A DNA stretch of 64,000 nt from an uncultured Bacilli bacterium (GTDB lineage Bacteria; Bacillota_I; Bacilli_A; RF39; UBA660). A program made the translations under genes and the position numbers. The DNA is taken from NCBI GenBank assembly GCA_947627975.1, contig CANQYB010000003.1:3588-67587 (forward strand). The letters are read 5' to 3'. Below the pieces are notes generated by a model. It was not told where the DNA came from, searched no databases, and worked only from the letters and a program-made list of their open reading frames with translations. Shown in pieces: positions 1 to 11,295 of this stretch (its first letter is position 1; each line of letters begins with the position of its first letter).

Positions 1-908
1 GATTTTTTTTCTTCATTCAACAAATCTTTAAATTCTTCTTTAAATTTAGCTAACTCTTTAACTTTGGCATCTTCATAAATACTCTTACAATTTTCAATAG
101 CATGCAAAAAATCAAGAATCATTACCTTTTTTCTATTATCAAATAATGTATTTGAATAAGCACTTTGTACAATAGCCAGACAAATATCTGGATAACGAGA
201 AGAAATTTCATAAATACGTTTATATTCATCTGTCATTTGAACAATAAATTCTACAATCTTTTGTTTAATAAAATCTGTATATCCAAATGAAACTTTAGTT
301 TTTGCTTCAATTTTTGGAATAGTTCCCATAACTATTTTAACTGTATCATCTTGGTTAGACTCTGGAACATCTACTTTTATAAATCTTCTTAAAAAAGCTC
401 TATCTTTCAAAATATATGTTTCATATTCTTCATTAGTAGTAGCGCCAATCATTTTTATAGTTCCTCTATCTAGTCCAGGTTTTAACATATTTGCAAAATC
501 TAAATTATTATTTTCATTTTTATTTACTAATAAATGAACTTCATCAATAAATAAAATAACATTATTTTTTTCTTTTAATTCTTCAATTAATAGTTGCAAC
601 TTATTTTCAACTTGACCCTCACTTAATGCCTCACCTAATAAAGAAGTAATATTTATTTTTATTAATTGCCAATCTTTTAAAGCATCAGGCACTAACCCAT
701 TTTTTATTCTAAAAGCAAGTCCTTCGACTAAAGCAGTTTTACCGACTCCTGCTTTTCCAACTAGCAAAGCACTTTTTTCTGGAGTAAGTAATATTAATAT
801 CATTTGTTTTATTTCTTCATCTCTGGCAATAGAAGGATCCGTTATATAATCTTTTTGGGTATAATTTTCTCCATATTTATCCAGTATACTTAATTTTTCT
901 TGTTCCAT
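1..908 (-). CDS. AAA+ ATPase of the Clp/Hsp100 family (ClpA/B-like D1 domain). The gene is partial and continues beyond the window start
   Basis: Translating the minus strand from the ATG at 908 gives [33 protein letters not shown]...[21 protein letters not shown]...[12 protein letters not shown]...[19 protein letters not shown]. Walker A, Walker B and the sensor layout match ClpB/ClpC D1. There is no N-domain: the ORF starts about 50 aa before Walker A. Confidence 0.7.
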   Translation of the reverse strand, partial: MEQEKLSILDKYGENYTQKDYITDPSIARDEEIKQMILILLTPEKSALLVGKAGVGKTALVEGLAFRIKNGLVPDALKDWQLIKINITSLLGEALSEGQVENKLQLLIEELKEKNNVILFIDEVHLLVNKNENNNLDFANMLKPGLDRGTIKMIGATTNEEYETYILKDRAFLRRFIKVDVPESNQDDTVKIVMGTIPKIEAKTKVSFGYTDFIKQKIVEFIVQMTDEYKRIYEISSRYPDICLAIVQSAYSNTLFDNRKKVMILDFLHAIENCKSIYEDAKVKELAKFKEEFKDLLNEEKK

Positions 909-954
909 AAAAATCACTTTCCTAATTTTAGTATATTATTTTTTTTTAATTTAA

Positions 955-2325
955 TCAATTATTACTTATATATTCTTGGATATTATTAACTAAATCTATT
1001 AATTTCATACGATTAGAAGCTTTAAATAATATTACATCCTCTTCTTTTATTTCTTCTTTCAAAAAATTAAATGCATCATTTATATTTTCAAAATAAGCAA
1101 CATCATTTTCCTTTAATCCTTCATCAATTGAGCTAAAAGCTATGTATTTTGAGTAATTTCCTACACAAATTAATTTATCTATATTTAATTTACCAACATT
1201 TTCCCCTATTAAATAATGAATTTTTTTTGAAAATTCTCCTAATTCCAAAATATCACCTAAAACTGCAATTTTTCTTTTTCCCTTATAGTTTTTTAAAAAA
1301 TTTAAAGAAAAAATCATTGATTCTAAATTAGCATTGTATGCATCATTAATTAAGGTTATATTTTTTTTTGTTTTAATTACTTCTAATCTATTTTTTGCCG
1401 ATTTATATTCTTTTAAAGCTTCAATTATCAAATTATCTTCAATATTTAATTTTTTAGCAATTGCATAAGCAATTAAACTATTATATATAAAGGCATTGCC
1501 AAAAACATTTATAGTAATTTTTTTATTATTTAAATAATATGTAGATTTATTATTATCATATTTAATATTTTCTGCTGTATAATCACTTTTGTTATTTATA
1601 CCGATTTTAATAGTTTCTAAATTATTTAATTTTATTTTATTAAGCATTTCATCATCATTATTAATGATTAAAATTCCTCTTTCTTTAATGCCATCTAATA
1701 TTTCTAGTTTTGCTTTTAAAATATTTTCTTTGGAACCTAAATTACCAATATGAGCAGTACCAATATTAGTTATAACTGCAATATCTGGTTTAGCAATTTT
1801 TGAAAGTAAAGATATTTCTTTTAAATGATTCATTCCCATTTCTAAAACTAAAACTTCTTCTTCTTGTAATTTTAAAATTGTAAAAGGAAGTCCAATCTCA
1901 TTGTTTTCATTTCCAGCTGTTTTTAAAACTTTATATTTTTTTGTTAAAACTTCAGCAATCATATCTTTAGTTGATGTTTTTCCAACACTTCCAGTTATAG
2001 CTACTACTGGAATATTATATAAACTTCTTTTATACATTGCAATATCTTGTAAAGCTTTTACAGAATCTTTAACTAAAATAATAGTATTTTTTTTTGTTTT
2101 TATACAATTTTCATCATCGACTATTACAGCAGCTGCTCCCTTATCTAAAGCTTCTTCATAAAATTTATTGCCATCAAAATTTTTACCTTTAATAGCAATA
2201 TATAAATCTCCTTTATTAATATTTCTAGTGTCTTTAGAATAATTAGTTATTTCTAAATTTTCATCACCACAAATTAACGTTCCCTTTGCATATTTTAATA
2301 TATCAGCAATTGTTAAATTTTTCAT
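955..2325 (-). CDS. murF: UDP-N-acetylmuramoyl-tripeptide--D-alanyl-D-alanine ligase
   Basis: 456 aa; carries the Mur ligase motifs (ITGSVGKTSTKDMI, NDAYNAN) in MurF-type architecture. Confidence 0.85.
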   Translation of the reverse strand: MKNLTIADILKYAKGTLICGDENLEITNYSKDTRNINKGDLYIAIKGKNFDGNKFYEEALDKGAAAVIVDDENCIKTKKNTIILVKDSVKALQDIAMYKRSLYNIPVVAITGSVGKTSTKDMIAEVLTKKYKVLKTAGNENNEIGLPFTILKLQEEEVLVLEMGMNHLKEISLLSKIAKPDIAVITNIGTAHIGNLGSKENILKAKLEILDGIKERGILIINNDDEMLNKIKLNNLETIKIGINNKSDYTAENIKYDNNKSTYYLNNKKITINVFGNAFIYNSLIAYAIAKKLNIEDNLIIEALKEYKSAKNRLEVIKTKKNITLINDAYNANLESMIFSLNFLKNYKGKRKIAVLGDILELGEFSKKIHYLIGENVGKLNIDKLICVGNYSKYIAFSSIDEGLKENDVAYFENINDAFNFLKEEIKEEDVILFKASNRMKLIDLVNNIQEYISNN

Positions 2326-2622
2326 ATAATCCCTCTCTATAAAAAATATATCATGATTGTCTAATTTTGTAAAATAAATATATTAATTGTAAAATGATAT
2401 TAATAATGTATTGTACACACTTATATTATAGTATTTAATTTTTATAATCATTATAATTATATATACTATATAAATATATATTTAATGCTAAAAAAGAAAA
2501 ATTTAAAAAAATAATAATTTTTTATTAATATTAGAATATAATTTATTAGCATAAAAAAATATTTACTTTTTTTAAAATATTGAATATAATATATATTACA
2601 TTAAGAAAGGAAATTAAAAAAA

Positions 2623-3291
2623 ATGGAAAATATTAACAATATAGAATATTTTTTAAAAAAAATTGGCTTTAAAGAAATAAATCCTACGTTATTAACTGCA
2701 ATGTCAGCTATACTTCAAAACAATTTAGTTGCTTTATTAGGTGAAGATTTTACATTTGATATTGAAAAAAATATTAAAACCGATGATGATAATATAAAAG
2801 TTGTTGGATATAATCTAAAAATAAATTCAAATTTTGATAATGATAATAATAATCAAATTGAATTTAAAATAATACCTAATAAACTAATAACTATTATTAA
2901 TAAAAAATTAAATAAAGATTTAAGTATTAAAATAATATCTGATAAAGAAATTGTCATTTTTAAAAATAATAATATTTTTAAGCAAACAATTAAAATTAAA
3001 AAAAATGAAGAAACTTTACCTGTTATAAATATAAATGAATTAGAAAATAATACTAAAACAAACACTATTTTTGAAACATTTTGTGTCACTTTTAAAACTG
3101 GTCAAGAATATATAATGCAACATTATAAAAATACTGCTAATAATTTTTCAAAAAGTAAAAGTTACATTAGAGATGTTTATGAAAATAATCCTCAAGATAT
3201 AGCTAATTATTGTAATGAAATTTTCAATTCATTTGACAATTTTAAGAAAAAAGAAAGTGAAAAAATTAAAAGTAAAAGAAAAAGGAAGTAA
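2623..3291 (+). CDS. hypothetical Asn/Lys-rich cytoplasmic protein
   Basis: 222-aa ORF with an upstream AAGGAAA ribosome-binding site; no recognisable domain. Confidence 0.5.
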   Translation: MENINNIEYFLKKIGFKEINPTLLTAMSAILQNNLVALLGEDFTFDIEKNIKTDDDNIKVVGYNLKINSNFDNDNNNQIEFKIIPNKLITIINKKLNKDLSIKIISDKEIVIFKNNNIFKQTIKIKKNEETLPVININELENNTKTNTIFETFCVTFKTGQEYIMQHYKNTANNFSKSKSYIRDVYENNPQDIANYCNEIFNSFDNFKKKESEKIKSKRKRK

Positions 3292-3318
3292 ATTTATACT
3301 TCCTTTTTAAAAAATATT

Positions 3319-3348
3319 TGACAAAGCTATAATATATATTATATAATA
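3319..3348 (+). promoter_or_regulatory. sigma-A type promoter for tRNA-Asn
   Basis: TTGACA, a 17-bp spacer, then a TATAAT-like box (ATATAAT) just upstream of the tRNA. Confidence 0.45.
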
Positions 3349-3358
3349 ATTAAGCAAT

Positions 3359-3434
3359 GCCCGATTAGCTCAGTCGGTAGAGCGCACGGCTGTTAACCGT
3401 TAGGTCGTAGGTTCGAGTCCTACATCGGGCGCCA
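3359..3434 (+). tRNA. tRNA-Asn (anticodon GTT)
   Basis: Cloverleaf readable by eye: GCCCGAT acceptor stem, GCTC/GAGC D-stem, anticodon loop CTGTTAA, T-arm GGTTCGAGTCC, encoded CCA; closely resembles bacterial tRNA-Asn. Confidence 0.9.
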
Positions 3435-3445
3435 TAAAAAAAATA

Positions 3446-3470
3446 AAAGCACATATTGTGCTTTTTTTTA
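3446..3470. terminator. bidirectional rho-independent terminator (tRNA-Asn on +, SPFH gene on -)
   Basis: AAAGCACA-TATT-TGTGCTTT hairpin flanked by A-runs and T-runs on both strands. Confidence 0.6.
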
Positions 3471-4208
3471 TTTTTTACCTTTTATAGCTTCTAAAACTTC
3501 TATTGGTAAAGCAAATATTACCGTGTTTGATTGATCAGATGAAATATCGTTTATAGTAGATAAAGTTCTTAGATGTAATGCTCCAGGTATAGAAGACATT
3601 GTTTTAGCCGCTTTTGCCAAATTATTTGACGCTTCAACTTCACCTTTAGCTTTTGTTATTACAGCTTGTTTTTCTCTTTCTGCTTCAGCAACTTTAGCTA
3701 TAACTCTTTTCATTTCTTCAGGTAAAGAAACATCTTTTAATTCAACATTTTCTACTTTAATTCCCCATTCATCTGATGCTTTATCTACAATTTTACAAAT
3801 TTGCTCACTAATCATTTCTCTTTTTGATAATAATTCATCTAAAGAAACTGAACCAACTGCATTTCTCATAGTTGTTTGGGCAAGTTGAGAAACAGCAAAA
3901 TTAAAATCTTCAACTGCTATAATAGATCTAGAGGCATCAAAAATACTATAATATAAAACGGCATTAATTTTTATAGAAACATTATCTTTTGTAATTGCTT
4001 CCTGTTCAGGCACATCAACTGCTTTAACTCTTATATCTACCTTTTTATATGATTGAAATATTGGTATAACAATATGCCATCCTGGACCTAATATTTTTTT
4101 AAATTTACCTAAATAAAATTTAACTCCTCTTTCATACTCATTTACTTGTTTTATTGAAATTAAAATTAAAAATAAAATTATTCCAAACAATATAAAAATA
4201 AATTCCAT
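3468..4208 (-). CDS. SPFH/band-7 (stomatin/prohibitin-like) membrane protein
   Basis: N-terminal TM helix followed by a band-7 domain (YERGVKFYLGKF..., coiled-coil KVAEAEREKQAVITKAKGE). Confidence 0.8.
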   Translation of the reverse strand: MEFIFILFGIILFLILISIKQVNEYERGVKFYLGKFKKILGPGWHIVIPIFQSYKKVDIRVKAVDVPEQEAITKDNVSIKINAVLYYSIFDASRSIIAVEDFNFAVSQLAQTTMRNAVGSVSLDELLSKREMISEQICKIVDKASDEWGIKVENVELKDVSLPEEMKRVIAKVAEAEREKQAVITKAKGEVEASNNLAKAAKTMSSIPGALHLRTLSTINDISSDQSNTVIFALPIEVLEAIKGKK

Positions 4209-4290
4209 TTTTTACTCCTTCCTTGATTTTATTATAGCATACATATTGAAATATTTATATTTTATTATATAATTAAGTTGAGGTAAGTAT

Positions 4291-5238
4291 ATGAAATTAA
4301 AAAAAAGTGTTAAAAAAATTTTAATTTTAATTTTATTTTGTATAATATTAATTTTTAGTGGTGTAAAGTTAATTAAATATATTATTTATGTTAACTCTGA
4401 CACTTATAAATTAATAAATAGAGGCTACAAAGAAAATGAAGTAAAATTGTTTTTGGAAAAATTAGATAAAAAAAAGATAGAAAGTTTAGAAAAAAGTAAA
4501 AAAAATGACTATTTATATAACTTATTAAATCAAAAATATTTTTTAATGAAAAATTTAGATAAATATGAAAAATATTTGAATGAAAATCCTGATGAAAGTT
4601 ATAAAAATGTTGTAGCAATTATTAATACTAAAGCAAATTATAATTGGTATAATAAAAAACAAACTAAAAATTCCGATACTTCTAAAGGCAATTTAATATT
4701 AGTAAATAAATTCAATAATTTAGACAAAAATTATGAACCAAGTAAGTTAAAAAAAATATCTATTCAATATGCTTATTATGATAATTTTATAAAAGAAGAA
4801 GTAAAAAATGCATATGAAGAAATGGCTAAAAATGCCAAAGAAAAAAACTTAAAACTGATTGCTTCATCATCATATAGAGATTATAATTCTCAACAAATTT
4901 TATATAATAGATATATAGTACAAAAAGGAACAAAAGAAGCTAATAATGTTTCAGCAAAAGCTGGATATTCTGAACATCAGACAGGTTTAGCTATTGATAT
5001 TTTAACAGACAATATAACAATGAGCGAATTTGAAAATACTGACGAATTTAAATGGCTAAAAGAAAATTCATACAAATATGGCTTCATATTAAGATATCCT
5101 AAAAATAAAACGAATATTACTGGCTATGCTTATGAACCTTGGCATTATAGATATGTTGGAAAAAAAGTTGCTCAAGAAATTTATAAAGAAAAAATTACTT
5201 TTGATGAATATTATGCTTTTTATATAGATAACAAATAA
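4291..5238 (+). CDS. D-alanyl-D-alanine carboxypeptidase, VanY/peptidase M15B family
   Basis: Signal-anchor N-terminus; VanY motifs SYRDYNSQ, SEHQTGLAID and EPWHYRYVG. Confidence 0.8.
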   Translation: MKLKKSVKKILILILFCIILIFSGVKLIKYIIYVNSDTYKLINRGYKENEVKLFLEKLDKKKIESLEKSKKNDYLYNLLNQKYFLMKNLDKYEKYLNENPDESYKNVVAIINTKANYNWYNKKQTKNSDTSKGNLILVNKFNNLDKNYEPSKLKKISIQYAYYDNFIKEEVKNAYEEMAKNAKEKNLKLIASSSYRDYNSQQILYNRYIVQKGTKEANNVSAKAGYSEHQTGLAIDILTDNITMSEFENTDEFKWLKENSYKYGFILRYPKNKTNITGYAYEPWHYRYVGKKVAQEIYKEKITFDEYYAFYIDNK

Positions 5239-5254
5239 AAAAATTAACTTATTG

Positions 5255-5629
5255 TTAATTTTTTTTATATTCGTTACTTCCAAAACCTAACATTGGAACA
5301 CCAATAATAGGTATTAATGTCATTAAGATACCAAAGCCAGCTGTTTTTCCAAATTTTTTAGCAATATTAATATTTACTACAAATGGAATAATAATATTTG
5401 CTATAGGTATAATATAAAGAATTATATACCAAAGTGGTAATTCTGCAACTTGTAGCATTACAATAATATTGTAAATTGGAATTATAGCAGCCCATCCTGG
5501 TTGATTTGCTTTTTTAAATATTTTCCACCATGAAGCAATCATAAAAATACAAATTACAAATGTAATTAGCCAAATTATAATTAATCCAGCACCAAGTCCA
5601 GCAGCTAATGAATAATCGCTATTATACAT
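5255..5629 (-). CDS. small integral membrane protein of unknown function
   Basis: 124 aa with 3-4 predicted TM helices. Confidence 0.5.
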   Translation of the reverse strand: MYNSDYSLAAGLGAGLIIIWLITFVICIFMIASWWKIFKKANQPGWAAIIPIYNIIVMLQVAELPLWYIILYIIPIANIIIPFVVNINIAKKFGKTAGFGILMTLIPIIGVPMLGFGSNEYKKN

Positions 5630-5684
5630 AAAACTTAAACTCCTTTCAATTATAATTATATTTTAATGTATTATTTTAGTCAAT

Positions 5685-7259
5685 TTAAAATATGCCTTTT
5701 ATTTCCTCTTTTTTATTTAAATAAATTTTTTCATAATTTGGTACTTTAGGTAATCCTGGCATAGTTAAAATATCTCCAAGTAATACTACGATAAAAGAAG
5801 CACCAGAATAAATTTTTATATTCTTTACAAATATTTTATAATTTTTAGGATAACCTATTTTTTTGGCATCATCACTAATAGAATATTGAGTTTTTGCAAT
5901 ACAAATTGGCAAATTATTTAATTTTAACTCATTAATAATTTTTAGTTGCTTAGTTGCTTCTTTTGAATATTCAATCTCTTTAGCATGATAAATTTTATTA
6001 GCTAAAACTTTAATTTTTTCTTCAATACTATCATTTAATTTATATAGATATTTAAGTGAATTTTTATTTTTTACTTTTTCTATTACTTCTTTTGCAAGAT
6101 CTAAGGAACCCATATTACCATTTTTATAAGCTGTAGTAATTTTTACAGATATATTTTTATTTTTACAATAATTTTTAATTATTTCTATATCTTCATCTTT
6201 ATCATCTTCAAATTTATTTATAGCCACAATAATTGGTATATTAAATAGTTTTAAATTATCTAAATGTGCTTCTAAATTTTCCAATCCATTATAATTTATG
6301 GCTTTTGTAGTTACTACTAATACAATACAATTAGGTTTTAAATTGCCAACACGACATTTTATATTTAAAAATTTTTCTGCTCCTAAGTCACTCCCAAATC
6401 CTGCTTCAGTAACTACTATATCCGCAAGTTTTAATGCTGTCTTCGTAGCAATTAAACTATTACAACCAATTGAGATATTAGCAAAAGGTCCTCCATGAAT
6501 TAAGGCTGGAGTATTATAAAGTGTTTGAACTAAATTTGGTTTCATTGCATCTTTTAATAATACTAATAAAGAACCTGTTATATTTAAACTTTTAGCATAA
6601 ATTGGTTTAGAATCATAATCAAAACCTATTAAAATATTATCAAGTCTATTTTTTAAATCATTATAGTCTTTGGCAAGACATAAAATAGTCATAATTTCAC
6701 TAGCAGCAGTTATTTGAAAATGATCTTCTCTATTTTCTAAAGTTATATTTCTAAGTATTCTATCATTAATATCAAGGCACCTGTTAAAACAAATACTATC
6801 CTTATTAATTTTTAATTTATTTCCTTGAAAAATATGATTATCTATTGCTGAACATAGTAAATTATTAGCAGCAGTTATAGCATGGAAATCACCATTAAAA
6901 TGAAGATTTATATCTTCCATTGGAACTATTTGAGCATATCCTCCACCGGTAGCGCCTCCTTTAACTCCAAATACAGGACCCATAGATGGTTCACGAAGAG
7001 CTAAACATACTTTTTTCCCTAAATAATTTAATGAATCGGCAAGTCCAATGCTAACAGTTGTTTTTCCCTCACCCATTTTAGTAGGAGTTATAGCGGTTAC
7101 TAAAACAAGTTTTCCTTCTTTTTTGTTTTTTATTTCTTTGAAATTCACTTTTGCTTTATAATTTCCATATAACTCTAAATTATTAATATTTAGTTTTTCC
7201 CCTATATTAATAATATTTTCCTTTTTAAATTTTTTTGCAATTTCTATATCATTCATCAT
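5685..7259 (-). CDS. fhs: formate--tetrahydrofolate ligase
   Basis: 524 aa; PTKMGEGKTT P-loop and FTHFS-family conservation throughout. Confidence 0.9.
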   Translation of the reverse strand: MMNDIEIAKKFKKENIINIGEKLNINNLELYGNYKAKVNFKEIKNKKEGKLVLVTAITPTKMGEGKTTVSIGLADSLNYLGKKVCLALREPSMGPVFGVKGGATGGGYAQIVPMEDINLHFNGDFHAITAANNLLCSAIDNHIFQGNKLKINKDSICFNRCLDINDRILRNITLENREDHFQITAASEIMTILCLAKDYNDLKNRLDNILIGFDYDSKPIYAKSLNITGSLLVLLKDAMKPNLVQTLYNTPALIHGGPFANISIGCNSLIATKTALKLADIVVTEAGFGSDLGAEKFLNIKCRVGNLKPNCIVLVVTTKAINYNGLENLEAHLDNLKLFNIPIIVAINKFEDDKDEDIEIIKNYCKNKNISVKITTAYKNGNMGSLDLAKEVIEKVKNKNSLKYLYKLNDSIEEKIKVLANKIYHAKEIEYSKEATKQLKIINELKLNNLPICIAKTQYSISDDAKKIGYPKNYKIFVKNIKIYSGASFIVVLLGDILTMPGLPKVPNYEKIYLNKKEEIKGIF

Positions 7260-7314
7260 TTATCGCCTCTTTAATATTATTATAAACTTTTTTTATCTAT
7301 TAAAAAAGAGGATA

Positions 7315-8460
7315 TTAAATTTTAGATCCTCCAATTATTTGTTTTATGGAATTTAAAATTACATCTAAATAATTGTTTTTTTCAATATTTTTATCAACAG
7401 TTAAACTAATATTTTTATAAATTTTATTATTACTATCAACTATTTGAAGATTGCCAACTTTTTCTCCTTTTTTTACGGGAGCAACAATTTTTTTCGTATT
7501 TAATTTTAATTTGTATTTTTTGTCATTTTGAGAAATTTTTACTAATTTATTAACATCTTCAGTAGCTACTAAATTGGCTACTTTTTCTTTACCATGGTAC
7601 ACTTTTACTTTTCCAAGTATTTTATTTTTCTTTAAAATTTTTTGCAGTTTATAACTATTAAACCCATAAGATAATAAATTTTGAGTATCTTTTGTCCTTT
7701 CTTTACTATCTTTTTCATTCATTAATACTGATATTAAACGCATATTATTCCTTTTGGCAGTTGCTGTTAAACAATATCCTGCTTTTTCTGTATAACCAGT
7801 TTTTAACCCATCAACTGTTTTATCAAATCTTACTAGTTTATTAGTATTAACAAGCCAGATTTTTGTTCCATCGCTTTTAGTAAAATATTCCTCATAAATT
7901 TTTGAATATTTTAAAATAGTTTTATGTTTTATTAACTCTTTAGCTATTAATGCCATATCATATGCTGTTGAATAATGATTTTCCGAATCTAATCCATGAA
8001 CATTTTCAAAATGAGTATTTAAACATCCTATTTCTTTTGCTTTTTTATTCATTAATTTAACAAATGATTTTTCACTACCAGCAATTTTTTCAGCAAGAGC
8101 TACTACTGCATCGTTTGCACTAGCAACAGTTACTGCTTTAATTAAATCATTAACTTTTTCTTGAGTATTTGGCTGTAAAAAAATTTGACTACCTCCCATT
8201 GATGATGCATTTGTGGAAATATTTATTTTTTCAGAAAATGATAAATTTTTATTATCTATTTGTTCCATAATTAATATTAAACTCATCATTTTCGTCATAG
8301 AAGCAGGAGCTAATTTTTCATTTTCATTTTTTTTATAAATTATATCTCCAGTATCATAATTCATTAGTATTGCACTTTTTGCTGATACTTCAATATCTTC
8401 AGCTTTAATGTTTGGAATAAAAAATGTTATAAGAATTAAAAATAATAATATTTTTTTCAA
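7315..8460 (-). CDS. dacA: serine-type D-Ala-D-Ala carboxypeptidase (PBP5/DacA-like, S11)
   Basis: Signal peptide; SMTK (SxxK), SAND (SxN) and KTG motifs. Confidence 0.8.
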   Translation of the reverse strand: MKKILLFLILITFFIPNIKAEDIEVSAKSAILMNYDTGDIIYKKNENEKLAPASMTKMMSLILIMEQIDNKNLSFSEKINISTNASSMGGSQIFLQPNTQEKVNDLIKAVTVASANDAVVALAEKIAGSEKSFVKLMNKKAKEIGCLNTHFENVHGLDSENHYSTAYDMALIAKELIKHKTILKYSKIYEEYFTKSDGTKIWLVNTNKLVRFDKTVDGLKTGYTEKAGYCLTATAKRNNMRLISVLMNEKDSKERTKDTQNLLSYGFNSYKLQKILKKNKILGKVKVYHGKEKVANLVATEDVNKLVKISQNDKKYKLKLNTKKIVAPVKKGEKVGNLQIVDSNNKIYKNISLTVDKNIEKNNYLDVILNSIKQIIGGSKI

Positions 8461-8684
8461 TTAAACCACCTAATAAAAAATACGCTAAAAAAAAATTTAT
8501 ATTACTAGTATATTTTATTAATAATTTAGCATAATATAAATAGAGATAATTAAATAATTATCTCTTAACATAAATAGCGGAACTAATTTCTGCTAAAAAT
8601 TAATGTATATTTTATAAAAAAATATACATACTATTTACTGGAGAGTATTTTTCTCCATTATAGAAATAATTTATATTTCTATTT

Positions 8685-8716
8685 AAAAAAAGGTTCGTTA
8701 TTTTTGAACCTTTTTC
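8685..8716 (-). terminator. rho-independent terminator of pnp
   Basis: GGTTC-GTTATTTTT-GAACC hairpin followed by a T-run on the minus strand; it overlaps the pnp stop codon. Confidence 0.6.
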
Positions 8717-10872
8717 TTTTTATTGAAATTTTCAGAAACTAAAGCTTCTTTTCGAGATAAATTTAATCTACCTCGATTATCATAACCTAATGCTTTTACT
8801 ATAATTTCATCGCCCTCATTAACAATATCAGTAGTTTTTTCAACTCTTTTTTTGTCTAATTGAGATATATGAACTAAACCTTCACATCCAGGCCATAATT
8901 CAACAAAACAACCAAAATCTTCAACTTTTACTACTTTGCCATTATAATTTTTACCTATTTCAACTTCCCTTGCTATATCTTGAATCATTTTAGCTGTTTT
9001 TTCAATAACATTTATATCATTATGATATATAATTACTCTTCCATCATCTTCAAGATCTACTTTTACAGCATTTTTGTCATTAACAGATTTAACATTTGAT
9101 GAATCTAAGATTATTTTAGTAATCATATCTCCACCTTTACCAATAACATCCTTTATTTTATCTGGGTCAATATTAAATGTTTTAATTTTTGGAGCATATG
9201 GTGAAAGTTCTTTTCGTGGTTCACTAATTACATCTTCCATTACATCTAAAATTTTATTACGAGCTTTTTTAGCTTGAGCTAAAGCTTCTTTAAGTATTTT
9301 TTCATTAACACCTTTTATTTTGATATCCATTTGTAAAGCACAAATTCCTTTTCTTGTACCAGCAACTTTAAAATCCATATCCCCCATATGATCTTCAAGT
9401 CCTTGAATATCTGTTAAAATTGTATATTTTTTACCATCGCTTATAAGACCCATGGCAATTCCTGCAACTGGAGCTTTAATTGGCACTCCTGCTGCCATTA
9501 ATGAAAGACATCCAGCACAAATCGTAGCTTGAGAAGAAGAACCATTTGACTCTAAAATTTCTGATACAACTCTTATAGTATATGGAAATTCTTCCTCGCT
9601 AGGAATAACTTGTAATAATGCTCTTTCTCCTAAGGCACCATGACCAATTTCTCTTCTTCCTGGTGCACCATATCTTCCAATTTCGCCAACTGAAAAAGCA
9701 GGAAAATTATAATGTAACATAAATCTTTTAGTATCTTCAATTCCCAGTCCATCTAAAATTTGATGTTCATTAATGGCACCCAAAGTAGTTGTTGCAAGTG
9801 ATTGAGTTTGACCTCGAGTAAATACTGCTGATCCATGAGTTCTTGGAAGAATATCTATTTCAGCTTTTAAATCTCTTATTTCATCCATTTTTCGACCGTC
9901 AGGTCTTATTTTTTTATTTGTTATTAAATATCTTACTTGTTCTCCTTCAACTAAATCAACAATTTTTTTGACATTTTTTAAAATAGTTTCAATTTCTTCA
10001 TCATTTATATATATTTCTTTAAAATGTTCAATAGTCTCTTCTTTTACTCGATCAATTTCAGCATATTTTTCCAATTTATCTTTAATTTGAATAGCTTTTA
10101 GCATCAAATTTTCCGAATAATCTCTTACTTCTCGTTCTAGTTTTTCATCAATAATCGCAAGTTCTACTTCTACTTTAGGAACACCTATTTCTTTTATAAT
10201 CTTTTCTTGAATTTTACATAATTTTTGAATATATTTATGACCATACATTATAGCTTCTAACATAACTTTTTCTGAAACTTCTTTACTTCCAGATTCAACC
10301 ATGCAAATTGCATCTTTTGTTCCCGCTACTGTCAATTGTAAATCACTTTTTTCTAACTCAGCTGCTGTTGGATTAATAATAAATTCCTTATTAACTCTAG
10401 CAACTACAACTCCTGATACTGGTCCATCAAAAGGAATATTTGATATTCCAAGGGCAAGAGATGATGCAAATAAAGCAGTCATTTCTGGAGAATTATCTTG
10501 ATCTACTGATAGTACAGTATTAATTACCTGTACTTCATTTCTAAAGTTTTCATCAAACATTGGTCTAATTGGACGATCAATTAATCTAGCCGTTAGTGTA
10601 GCAGATTCTGAAGGTCTTCCTTCTCTTTTAATAAAACCTCCAGGTATTTTACCAACAGAATAAAATCTCTCTTGATATAAAACTGTTAAAGGGAAAAAAT
10701 CTTGAGTAACTGCATTTTTACCCATGACTGCTGCTGTTAAAATTACAGTATCTCCATATCTTACTAAAACAGCACCATTAGCTTGCTTTGCATATTCTCC
10801 ACTTTCAATTATAAGTTTTCTTCCTAAAAAATTTTCTTCAAATATTTTCTTTGCCATATATACCTCTTTCAT
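8698..10872 (-). CDS. pnp: polyribonucleotide nucleotidyltransferase (PNPase)
   Basis: 724 aa with two RNase PH domains plus KH and S1 domains; lies downstream of rpsO. Confidence 0.95.
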   Translation of the reverse strand: MKEVYMAKKIFEENFLGRKLIIESGEYAKQANGAVLVRYGDTVILTAAVMGKNAVTQDFFPLTVLYQERFYSVGKIPGGFIKREGRPSESATLTARLIDRPIRPMFDENFRNEVQVINTVLSVDQDNSPEMTALFASSLALGISNIPFDGPVSGVVVARVNKEFIINPTAAELEKSDLQLTVAGTKDAICMVESGSKEVSEKVMLEAIMYGHKYIQKLCKIQEKIIKEIGVPKVEVELAIIDEKLEREVRDYSENLMLKAIQIKDKLEKYAEIDRVKEETIEHFKEIYINDEEIETILKNVKKIVDLVEGEQVRYLITNKKIRPDGRKMDEIRDLKAEIDILPRTHGSAVFTRGQTQSLATTTLGAINEHQILDGLGIEDTKRFMLHYNFPAFSVGEIGRYGAPGRREIGHGALGERALLQVIPSEEEFPYTIRVVSEILESNGSSSQATICAGCLSLMAAGVPIKAPVAGIAMGLISDGKKYTILTDIQGLEDHMGDMDFKVAGTRKGICALQMDIKIKGVNEKILKEALAQAKKARNKILDVMEDVISEPRKELSPYAPKIKTFNIDPDKIKDVIGKGGDMITKIILDSSNVKSVNDKNAVKVDLEDDGRVIIYHNDINVIEKTAKMIQDIAREVEIGKNYNGKVVKVEDFGCFVELWPGCEGLVHISQLDKKRVEKTTDIVNEGDEIIVKALGYDNRGRLNLSRKEALVSENFNKKKKVQK

Positions 10873-10874
10873 TT

Positions 10875-10900
10875 AAAAAAAAGACACTTTAAAAAGATAG
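10875..10900 (-). terminator. rpsO-pnp intergenic hairpin plus U-tract (attenuator/terminator)
   Basis: On the minus strand, GGCAC-TATCTTTTTAAA-GTGTC followed by TTTTTTTT, immediately upstream of the pnp ribosome-binding site. Confidence 0.5.
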
Positions 10901-10903
10901 TGC

Positions 10904-11173
10904 CTATTTTCTAATATTTAATTTTTTAATTAATTCTCTATATGCGATTATATCTTTAGCTTTTAGATAATCTAGTAAACTACGTCTTTTACCAACCATT
11001 TTTAAAAGTCCTCTTTTTGAATGATAATCATGAATATGAACTTTTAAATGTTCAGTTAATTCATTAATTCTTTTAGTAAGAATAGCAATTTGAACTTCTG
11101 TAGAACCAGTGTTTTTAGAATCTTTAGAAAATTCTTTAACAATTTTTGCTTTTTCTTCTTTTGTTAATGCCAT
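10904..11173 (-). CDS. rpsO: 30S ribosomal protein S15
   Basis: 89 aa; typical S15 sequence ([23 protein letters not shown]). Confidence 0.95.
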   Translation of the reverse strand: MALTKEEKAKIVKEFSKDSKNTGSTEVQIAILTKRINELTEHLKVHIHDYHSKRGLLKMVGKRRSLLDYLKAKDIIAYRELIKKLNIRK

Positions 11174-11295
11174 AATTTTTTTCTCCCTTCATTTTTATAT
11201 CTGTTTAATCTTAGTATAAAACCGGGAATGATTTAAACCAAGAAAAAACGTCCTAATTAATTATATAAAATTTTTTAATAAATATCAACTATTTA

